Source: Candidatus Bathyarchaeota archaeon (GTDB lineage: Archaea; Thermoproteota; Bathyarchaeia; Bathyarchaeales; Bathycorpusculaceae). From it: a stretch of DNA of 64,000 nucleotides. Location of the stretch: positions 60,365-124,364 of the forward strand of contig CAVTZU010000015.1 in NCBI GenBank assembly GCA_963739305.1. Direction: 5' to 3'. Both the position numbers and the translations under genes were made by a program. The notes below the pieces were generated by a model that did no database searches, was not told where the DNA came from, and worked only from the letters and a program-made list of their open reading frames with translations. This document shows, one piece after another, positions 51,666 to 59,312 of the stretch; positions within the stretch are counted from its first letter, which is position 1; each line of letters opens with the position of its first letter.

Positions 51666-51837
51666 CGCATCACGTTCTATTTACCATATATCTCTAACAA
51701 TTTCGTAGACTTGTTGTAAAGAATATCTATTTCTATGTTTCCTTGCTAATTTTCCTATTTCACGCGCCCTTACGCGCGCATCGTTTTGGATAAGCAGTGC
51801 GAATACACTATAAGCCGCGAAGCACCTATTATCGGAA

Positions 51838-52035
51838 ATGCAACCTAATCAGCAGAGGAGCCAAATCAATCCTGGTACCCGCGTAAAAATCATCTTGAAG
51901 CAAGACCAACGCAACGGCAAATTAACTGAGGGCATCGTCAAGAATATCCTCACCAACAGCTCAACTCACCCCCACGGAATCAAGGTACGACTAATAGACG
52001 GCAAAGTCGGCAGAGTACAATCAATAATAAAATAG
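51838..52035 (+). CDS. YwbE/DUF2196 family protein
   Basis: LKQDQRNGKLTEG.VK.ILT.S..HPHGIKVRL.DG.VGRV. Confidence 0.9.
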   Translation: MQPNQQRSQINPGTRVKIILKQDQRNGKLTEGIVKNILTNSSTHPHGIKVRLIDGKVGRVQSIIK

Positions 52036-52048
52036 TAGCGCGCGAGGA

Positions 52049-52249
52049 TTAGGGCCGTCTTTGTATGAGTATCCTGTCTATTTTTCCTTCTGCTAGTTGT
52101 TCCTGCAACTCTTTGACGAAGCTGTAGAATTCGTCTGGAAACATGGCGACTTCTGTGTTCATGTCGAACGTTTTTGTCTGGGCCACGGTGTTGGCGTAAA
52201 GGCCGTTCTTGATTCCTTCCACACTAACCCGTACCATACCATCATCCAT
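52049..52249 (-). CDS. hypothetical protein
   Basis: Short ORF between two (GC)n runs. Confidence 0.5.
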   Translation of the reverse strand: MDDGMVRVSVEGIKNGLYANTVAQTKTFDMNTEVAMFPDEFYSFVKELQEQLAEGKIDRILIQRRP

Positions 52250-52295
52250 AGAAAGAAGAAAGGAAGATAGATTATATACATATCTAACGCGCGCG

Positions 52296-52329
52296 CGCAA
52301 ATAACCCTCTTTTTTCTTTATCCATTAAG
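52296..52329 (+). repeat. copy of the integrase stop/terminator region (46794-46829)
   Basis: CGCAAATAACCCTC(C)TTTTTTCTTTAT(A)CCAT(C/T)AAG at both sites. Confidence 0.75.
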
Positions 52330-52340
52330 CGAGCGCAAAG

Positions 52341-53618
52341 TCAATGATCGACACGGAATCCTGCTAATTCTCCGTCTCCAACGACATTCAAATTGTGTAT
52401 GAAGTCGCCCTGACCATTGCTGGTCATGGGAAATGAACCGTGATCAAGCCAACCACTTCCGTAGTATCCGCATGAAAGTGTGTTGTTGTGGATTATGCTT
52501 CCTCCGTATATCAACTGCGTGTAGATATTGATGAAGTTGCAGTTATCAAGTAGGATCATTCTTCCGTCATTTGCGTACTCAAAGTCTGCGGCATGAATCG
52601 TGATCCATGCCGAGTTATTCATGTGCAATGAGAACGACGTTGACAGGTCTGAACTGCGGTCCATTATGTCTAACCGTCTGAACTCAATCAGGTTAAGCTG
52701 GAATTGCCAATCCGTGCCGACCAGTTCAACAATGTTCTTGGATATCTGCAAGCTTGGCGCAGTCCTAGCCAAAACCTCTTCAAATACGGCATCACCGTAT
52801 TTTATAGTGTTGCTTAGGCTTGCAAAATAGAGTGCTGGGCCTCCGAAACTAAACAGCATCTTGCCAGTTATATGCAGAAAATTGACCAAATAGAAACCGT
52901 AGTGGTCTGCATCGTGGCCGAGAACGACAATATTCTCTAATGTAGAGTACAGCAAACCTGAGTTCCCGAAACCAGGATCGCTGCAAATTCCGTTTCCAGT
53001 TCCATTCCCTGAAAACTTTACTACCAAATTCTTGATTGAGACAGTGAGAGTGCCTACTAACGTTATGCCATTTGTATCAGGGGATGTGACCTCAATGACT
53101 GTTCCTCCTGCGGAGGAAAGAATCCCATCGGGATCGAGAGGAAGACTCTGTGGCTCAGTGAAAATCCCTTCGCCGACAATGCTTATACTCTTGTTGACTG
53201 TGAACGGGCCGTACACCCCATTCTTCAAGAAGACAAGACCTCCACTTGGAGTGGAGTCTATTGCTCGCTCGATTATTTGACTGGAATTGTCCCCCGAAAA
53301 GTCTGCTTTTCCTGTGGAGCCGTTGTAGGCTTTCACGGTATTGTTTTCCCAAGAGATTAGGTAACTTGCCTCAAAGCGTGAATCGGCAGTTGTTCCAGGC
53401 GTCCCCTGAGGACCCTGAACGCCCTGCAAACCTTGATCACCCTTGTCTCCTTTAGGACCTACTGCCAACCTCAAAGAAACCAATGAAGAAACAAGACTGG
53501 AAAGTACAACGATTACCGCGAGGCTCACGATGAAAGTGGTTCTTGAAATTCTTAACTCAGAGATCTTCTCATCCTCAAAACCCAAATTCACTCTTGTCTG
53601 TTTAAATGATTTGTCCAT
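52341..53618 (-). CDS. membrane-anchored protein with short collagen-like repeat and pectate-lyase-like beta-helix
   Basis: TM helix, GPKGDKGDQGLQGVQGPQGTPG, IERAID..GGLVFLKNG.Y. Confidence 0.72.
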   Translation of the reverse strand: MDKSFKQTRVNLGFEDEKISELRISRTTFIVSLAVIVVLSSLVSSLVSLRLAVGPKGDKGDQGLQGVQGPQGTPGTTADSRFEASYLISWENNTVKAYNGSTGKADFSGDNSSQIIERAIDSTPSGGLVFLKNGVYGPFTVNKSISIVGEGIFTEPQSLPLDPDGILSSAGGTVIEVTSPDTNGITLVGTLTVSIKNLVVKFSGNGTGNGICSDPGFGNSGLLYSTLENIVVLGHDADHYGFYLVNFLHITGKMLFSFGGPALYFASLSNTIKYGDAVFEEVLARTAPSLQISKNIVELVGTDWQFQLNLIEFRRLDIMDRSSDLSTSFSLHMNNSAWITIHAADFEYANDGRMILLDNCNFINIYTQLIYGGSIIHNNTLSCGYYGSGWLDHGSFPMTSNGQGDFIHNLNVVGDGELAGFRVDH

Positions 53619-53662
53619 AAAACCTTGGCGTGCGCTTTTTATTCCGAAACGAAGAGAAAAAG

Positions 53663-53709
53663 GCTCGTGAGCCGTTCGGCTCACTCGCACGTTCCAAGCG
53701 ATACGCCAA
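53663..53709. repeat. hairpin repeat copy 4
   Basis: GCTCGTGAGCCGTTCGGCTCACTCGCACGTTCCA..GATACGCCAA. Confidence 0.9.
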
Positions 53710-53791
53710 AAAACCGACACACTCAAAACTAACGACGCGCGCACTCGCTAGATTTAAAATGTCGTGTCCCTTTTTCATGTAATGTGTCCTT

Positions 53792-54502
53792 ATGCCGCGA
53801 CCGCCAGAATTCAGACCTGAAGACAAAATGAAGATGCTTCTATGGAGCGATCGTCACTGTTGCCTGTGCAAGAAGCCGTGTGGGATCGACATCGAAATAG
53901 CGCATATTGACCGCAATGCAGGCAACGACATGGATAATGGAATGCCCGCTTGTTATGATTGCCATGCTAGGATTGACCGATACAATCCTGAAACCAAAAG
54001 AGGAAACAAGTATAGGATTGAGGAATTGAAAAAACGCAGGAATCAGGTTTACGAAGAATTCACTAGGAACCTCGTTCCACCCATTCTGTTTCGTCCTACG
54101 ACGGAGAGAACAATGGCAAGCCCTCGAGCTGGAGACACTTTGCCCTTCATCGCGACAATTATCGAGCACAATGGTGACTCTCTGCCCGTGAAACTAAAGG
54201 TCGAGGTCAAGGTGATTCTTGCCGATGACATCAAAGATGTGCCAGATGAAAGCGGATACTATACTGGTAAGGTAATATGGAACATGAATCCTCGCAGATA
54301 TTTCTTCGGAGGGTTCAGCATTGCCAAAGACGACGCCGAACGGGCACGAAAAGAAGAACTTAAGATCGAAGCAAGAATTACCGTCATTGACCAGTTCGAA
54401 AGGGAACATAAGCTTTTACCCGAATGCTGGAGCTACAAGAAAGTGAGAGAAGGTCTTTACGTGTGGAATCTGGAGCCTAGATCCTTTGCAGATTGGACTT
54501 GA
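53792..54502 (+). CDS. HNH-type zinc endonuclease-domain protein
   Basis: CCLC..EIAHID...NDMDNGMPACYDCH. Confidence 0.78.
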   Translation: MPRPPEFRPEDKMKMLLWSDRHCCLCKKPCGIDIEIAHIDRNAGNDMDNGMPACYDCHARIDRYNPETKRGNKYRIEELKKRRNQVYEEFTRNLVPPILFRPTTERTMASPRAGDTLPFIATIIEHNGDSLPVKLKVEVKVILADDIKDVPDESGYYTGKVIWNMNPRRYFFGGFSIAKDDAERARKEELKIEARITVIDQFEREHKLLPECWSYKKVREGLYVWNLEPRSFADWT

Positions 54503-54602
54503 TCGGATCGTGCTACATCAGGCTAGTCGCATGACGCTCGCGCTCCCACACGCGCGCTACAAAAGTTAGGCGCACACCCCTATACAAAAGAAGCGTTAAA
54601 AT

Positions 54603-54980
54603 ATGGCTTCAGGCAACCCATCAACGCATGGTGATTTCTTGAAAGTGGTGAATGAAAAAGATCTAAGGAAGGAAGTTATGTTTCGCGATGTTCGTGTGCA
54701 TTTGGCGAATCTTGTGGAACAACCTGATTTCGTCGTAAGGACAGCAGTTATTCCGCCAAACAGCTCAGTACCTCCGAAGCCGCACGCACATAAGATGCGC
54801 CAGATAAACTATGTTATTGATGGCAAACTGGCGATAACCAACGGCAAAGAGACCGTTGATTTGAGGAAGGGAGATTTCATCATTCTCGAAAGCTTTGAAG
54901 AACATTATTACAGAACAACGAATGATTATGCACACGTCTTCGAAGTGCAGTTTTCGACGCATCTGCGTGTAGAAAAGTAG
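54603..54980 (+). CDS. cupin domain protein
   Basis: PHAH..QINYVIDG..GD....EEH. Confidence 0.85.
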   Translation: MASGNPSTHGDFLKVVNEKDLRKEVMFRDVRVHLANLVEQPDFVVRTAVIPPNSSVPPKPHAHKMRQINYVIDGKLAITNGKETVDLRKGDFIILESFEEHYYRTTNDYAHVFEVQFSTHLRVEK

Positions 54981-55044
54981 CGCGCGCTAATCCTTAAGGC
55001 TTATATGAATGATACTAAAGAGTGTTGCAAGGGGGAAGACAATC

Positions 55045-55620
55045 ATGAGTTTCTTCAAGAAGATTACGGACAGGGTTACGAAACCTAAATCTAATGTGTC
55101 CTTGAGACTTGACAAGAATACCTTCAACTTTGGAGATAAGGTGGAAGGCACATTGACTGTGAGTTCAGAGGAAGAGGTCGATGTCACAGAAATTAGAGCT
55201 GAACTTCGATGCGATGAGAAAAAGAAGGAATATGTACAAATGTCAGACGGGCACGGGGGTGACCAGTGGAAAAATAAAACAATTTATCGTGAAAACCCGC
55301 AGGCCTCGGGACCAATTCACCTTTCCGCAGGATATAGAGGCGAGTTTCCATTCAGCACAAATGTCGCAGGAGGACAACCCAGCTATTCTGGTGACGCTAG
55401 AACCGTCACATGGACTCTCAAGGGTGTTATTGGGATTAAGGGGCGACCTGACGTTACAAGCCCGACAGCGGGCATTCAAGTGGCAGGAGCGCCTACAACC
55501 GTTACCACGGAGAAAATAGTGGAACGCGAAGTCGTTATGATACCCTGTGAATACTGTGGGGGGCTGTTTCCGCAAACGGTGACGACTTGTCCAAGATGCG
55601 GTGCGCAGAGAAGAACCTAA
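55045..55620 (+). CDS. SpoOM/arrestin-N-like protein with C-terminal zinc ribbon
   Basis: LRLDK..F..GDKVEG, EFPFS, PSY, WTLKG, CEYC..CPRC. Confidence 0.65.
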   Translation: MSFFKKITDRVTKPKSNVSLRLDKNTFNFGDKVEGTLTVSSEEEVDVTEIRAELRCDEKKKEYVQMSDGHGGDQWKNKTIYRENPQASGPIHLSAGYRGEFPFSTNVAGGQPSYSGDARTVTWTLKGVIGIKGRPDVTSPTAGIQVAGAPTTVTTEKIVEREVVMIPCEYCGGLFPQTVTTCPRCGAQRRT

Positions 55621-55732
55621 AGGAACTTTTCATACCAGCGCGCGCTATAACTTTTCCGCAAAATCCAAAACGGGCTTAGAAATGATAGTAGAGGACTGTT
55701 GTAGTTATCTTCGAACAGTCTTCCTTCAGATG

Positions 55733-56143
55733 CTATTTGTTTAACGACTTCCGCATTTTTTCCATTGTCTCGTTTTCTTTTGTTCGTTTCTGCTCCCCTG
55801 ATTTCCTTCTCTCTTCAATTTCCTTATTGTGACTTTCAACACGTCTATTTGTCGCCTCTACTAGAGCTTTCACCCAATCAATCTCGCTCTTCATTTCCTC
55901 TGGTATCGTCACGACTCTGAGTTTCTTGCCTACGATTTGTACTTCCCTTTTCAAGGGATAGAGGCTCGTTTTGTGTTCGTTCTGAAAAATCTCTTCCCAC
56001 CCAAAGTCTGGGGTTGAATCCAATTCAAGTTCAAACGCATATGCTTCAGCAAAAGCATCAATTTTCTTGATTTTAATCTTGCTGGCATCAATTGGTTTGA
56101 GATTCACTTTTTTCAAAGGTCTTTCCATCTCTTGAACCCTCAA
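55733..56143 (-). CDS. hypothetical protein with C-terminal coiled coil
   Basis: 136-aa ORF flanked by ~26-bp direct repeats at 55644 and 56165. Confidence 0.7.
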   Translation of the reverse strand: MRVQEMERPLKKVNLKPIDASKIKIKKIDAFAEAYAFELELDSTPDFGWEEIFQNEHKTSLYPLKREVQIVGKKLRVVTIPEEMKSEIDWVKALVEATNRRVESHNKEIEERRKSGEQKRTKENETMEKMRKSLNK

Positions 56144-56237
56144 CTTTTAGATAAGTTCGGTTCAGCTATAACCTTTCCGCAAAACCAAAAAAGAGGGGTG
56201 TTTGCGGATAATGGCGACGTCGCCAGCCTTGCTAGGC

Positions 56238-56255
56238 TACGACCAACACGCCAGC
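56238..56255 (+). repeat. attR (displaced rnpB 3' end)
   Basis: Identical to 45882-45899. Confidence 0.85.
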
Positions 56256-56607
56256 CATTACTGCTGTGATTCTTACGCGCGCGAGCGTGAAGGTGGGATG
56301 GTGGTGGATACCCCTCCTAGGTTTCAATGTACCATGAATATTTGGATCCAAATAGGTCACTTTAGGGTTCATGTAATCAGGGTTATAGGTGGGTTTCCAA
56401 GCAATGATTGCCACGGTCCTTCCCACATGACCTAATGAAGCATTATCCTCAGCATCTTACGGAGTCATGGACGGTTAAGGACTTCAAGTTCTTTGTCAAG
56501 CCGAAGACCATGCATAGACTTTTGAAGAACACGGTGAGAAGCCTCTGCTTACGTACGTGTTTTTGTTTCCTCTCACCATAAATACTTGGAGTGCTAGATT
56601 TTCGTTT

Positions 56608-57474
56608 ATGGGATACCAATCGCGTGGGGGAGGTTCGCCTCGCGGCTCGGGACGAGGACGCGGAATTCAACACGGTAAAAAAGCCAAAGCCAAAGCTAAG
56701 GAGCAGAAACGCCAAAACATGGGAAATTTTGCCTCGCAAGAGGACGTTCTGCCAGCTCCAGAAGAGATTGTGAACAGAACATGCGCAACTCTGCATAATC
56801 TTGGAAGCCAGAGGTTTGCCCTCGCCCCGTTTGGTGAGCACCTCAACCGTTGGCTCGTGAACTTGAAAGATGTCTTGTCCGAGTTCGAATCAAGCCCTGT
56901 AATCACGATGGATGACCAGTTCGTGGAGGAGCGTTTACGGGTAGTCTCAGATGTTGAACTTGATTTTGCCAGAAGGCGAGACAGAGAAGCTTCGCTTAGT
57001 GGTATTGTCAAGAGCCTTTCTGAAAACAGAGCAGTCCTCGAAGAAATCGAGGAGAACTGCGCCGTGACAAAGCAAGAGATCGAGGGACGAAAAGAAGCTG
57101 AAATCAAGCGTCACTCCGCCAATGTCGCCGATATCAAGGAAGAACTGAACAAGATAGTCCAAATGAAGGCAGGCATCTTTAGACGGGTCTCGAAAGAGGT
57201 TAAGGCGCAGAAGGAGGCAGAAGCGACGCAAAGACTGAATGCTGCGCAAAGAGACCTGGCTTCCGCGGAGCAGCATCTAGCTGCTGAACAAGAAGAGTCA
57301 GAGAAGAAATACGAAGAGAAGAAACAGCCTATCACAGAGCAGATTCAAGGGCTGGAGAAGGAGATTGAAAGTCAGGAAATAGATGAATCCGTGGAAGTCA
57401 GACGAGTTGCCTGCGAATCTCTTGTCAACGCAGTGAACTCCTTGATTCAACGGAAAAGCAGTTCAAGTGCGTAG
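56608..57474 (+). CDS. coiled-coil protein with RG-rich basic N-terminus
   Basis: SRGGGSPRGSGRGRG followed by long E/K heptads. Confidence 0.75.
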   Translation: MGYQSRGGGSPRGSGRGRGIQHGKKAKAKAKEQKRQNMGNFASQEDVLPAPEEIVNRTCATLHNLGSQRFALAPFGEHLNRWLVNLKDVLSEFESSPVITMDDQFVEERLRVVSDVELDFARRRDREASLSGIVKSLSENRAVLEEIEENCAVTKQEIEGRKEAEIKRHSANVADIKEELNKIVQMKAGIFRRVSKEVKAQKEAEATQRLNAAQRDLASAEQHLAAEQEESEKKYEEKKQPITEQIQGLEKEIESQEIDESVEVRRVACESLVNAVNSLIQRKSSSSA

Positions 57475-57513
57475 CACAGTCAGCTACAAAGAAGTCAGAA
57501 GCTTCTTCAAGGG

Positions 57514-59262
57514 TTAGATCAGTTTTGTCAAAACAACCTCTGGCTGAAACTCTTCCTGAGATCTGACTGAGGCTTCTTCTACGTAAAGTTGCACCGCGTA
57601 CTTTAGTGCTTCCTCGCTTACTGGAATGTAATCGAAATCAGACTGGAAATAGCTTAGCATCGAAGCGGCACACGCAAAACGCATTGCACGATCCTCGAGC
57701 CTCGCGGAGAAACGAACAGACTCCTTTTCTATTTCGTCCAGGATCGCCCTCCTCGCTCTCGTGAACATCTCCTGTGCCTTTGAGGTGAGCATCACCGGTT
57801 TTTGCTTGAACCTTCCCGCCACCAAAGGATGATTCGTTTGAATAGCGTAGACTAGCGAAAGATGATCCCTCACTCTTTGCGCTCCTTTCTCGATGTCGAC
57901 CTCTCCGAAGGCTAAGCGCATCTGACTTTCTGCTATTTCTACGAAGCGTTGCTTCGTCAGTTTGTGGAGTCGACACAGCATCCTGTCCTCGATCGCACTG
58001 AAGTTCGGGTCTTGAACGGTAACTTCGTAGCCCCTTCCCGACGCGGCGACGTTATAGTTCACGCTGAAGAAGCCAGTGAAACGGTAGGGCCCGATCGTTT
58101 CTCTTTCCGTTTCATACTTGATTTCGCCCCGTTCCATCGCAAGCTTCAACGGTTCGACCATTCCCTTGTACTTGAACCAGTCATTGAATTCAGGAACGAC
58201 GAAGTTGAAAACTCGCCCCGTATAGGCCTGACCGATCCGGATGAATTTTGCCGGAGTAATGCCGCCAGCATAACGGTTGCGACCCGGTATCCCGTGCGGC
58301 GGCACCTTTGCGTCAAATTTTCCCAAGATGAGATCACGTGCCGAGAAGCTCTTGCCCGTTCCAGGTTCACCAAACAGCGAGAGGTTCCATCCTGTTCGCA
58401 TTCCAGTTTTACCGGTCGCATGGATTATTTCAACGTCTGCCAATCCATATTGTTGCGTAAGGCTTAGCAAGCAGTCGAAAAACAGGAGTGGGCCGAAAAG
58501 TTGTTTGAGATAGTCTGCGATGTGATGTATGGAAAAGGACTTGCCGAACTCAACCGTCTGCTCAAGTCGATACTTTAGCAGGTCGCTCAGGTATTGGTCA
58601 AGCTCTTGATCCATTCTTTCGATGAATAGGCGTTCTTCGCTCACCGAGTCAGACTTAATGCTTCCTGAAGGTGCAGAAGGAGAAGTCATAATTGGTTTCC
58701 TTATCTCCTTTCGGCCTATCTCCAGCTCCTGCCGTATTACGGGCAGGGTCTCTTCCAATATTGACCATTCAATCGACTGCTTGCTCTCGTACGACCGCAC
58801 GATCACGCCCGACTTTTCTAAGTCTGACAAAATCTGAGAGGGATCCACGCCTTCAGGAAGGTTCCGTTTGACCTCATTCAAGTTGCAGCCCCTACTGGAC
58901 TCCAAAAGACACTTCAATACTTCTGAACAATTTTTGCCATATTTCATCTTCGCCTTCGCGAGCGCTGACTGAATTGCTTTCCATGAATCTTCTAGCCGAA
59001 ACTCCCCCTTCTCAAACGTGTAGTATTTGCCCCTGAAAACCTCCCACTCGCGTGGTTTGCTGCTTCTAAAGATCACCTTGAGCTGTTCGTCGCTGACGTT
59101 CGATGCGATTTCAAGAGCTGCCTTCTGCTCGTCAATGTCCCATTCGTTATTGTAATTTTGAAAATACAGAATGCCTGACGACTTTCCGACTTTGTAAAGC
59201 ATTGATCTTGGCAAAAGACGCCTGAGAAGAATCTCCCTTTCGAATATCCTGTCATTCAACAT
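57514..59262 (-). CDS. divergent MCM-like AAA+ ATPase
   Basis: Walker A GEPGTGKS, Walker-B-like VVPEFND, LKLAMERGEI, SAIEDR, SARL; no canonical MCM N-terminal Zn/OB region seen. Confidence 0.7.
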   Translation of the reverse strand: MLNDRIFEREILLRRLLPRSMLYKVGKSSGILYFQNYNNEWDIDEQKAALEIASNVSDEQLKVIFRSSKPREWEVFRGKYYTFEKGEFRLEDSWKAIQSALAKAKMKYGKNCSEVLKCLLESSRGCNLNEVKRNLPEGVDPSQILSDLEKSGVIVRSYESKQSIEWSILEETLPVIRQELEIGRKEIRKPIMTSPSAPSGSIKSDSVSEERLFIERMDQELDQYLSDLLKYRLEQTVEFGKSFSIHHIADYLKQLFGPLLFFDCLLSLTQQYGLADVEIIHATGKTGMRTGWNLSLFGEPGTGKSFSARDLILGKFDAKVPPHGIPGRNRYAGGITPAKFIRIGQAYTGRVFNFVVPEFNDWFKYKGMVEPLKLAMERGEIKYETERETIGPYRFTGFFSVNYNVAASGRGYEVTVQDPNFSAIEDRMLCRLHKLTKQRFVEIAESQMRLAFGEVDIEKGAQRVRDHLSLVYAIQTNHPLVAGRFKQKPVMLTSKAQEMFTRARRAILDEIEKESVRFSARLEDRAMRFACAASMLSYFQSDFDYIPVSEEALKYAVQLYVEEASVRSQEEFQPEVVLTKLI

Positions 59263-59312
59263 TTTCAGTTCATGATTTAGAAGCAGACGCCAACTATAAG
59301 ATTTGCTAGAGG

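Larger units (their letters stand above)
45882..56255. mobile_element. integrative element/genomic island inserted at the rnpB 3' end
   Basis: Exact 18-bp direct repeats at both ends, tyrosine integrase next to the left copy, heterogeneous cargo. Confidence 0.8.

Noticed and set aside
47949-53709. CRISPR array interpretation of the hairpin repeats
   Set aside because: Copies are 0.6-3.8 kb apart with whole genes between them, and there are no cas genes
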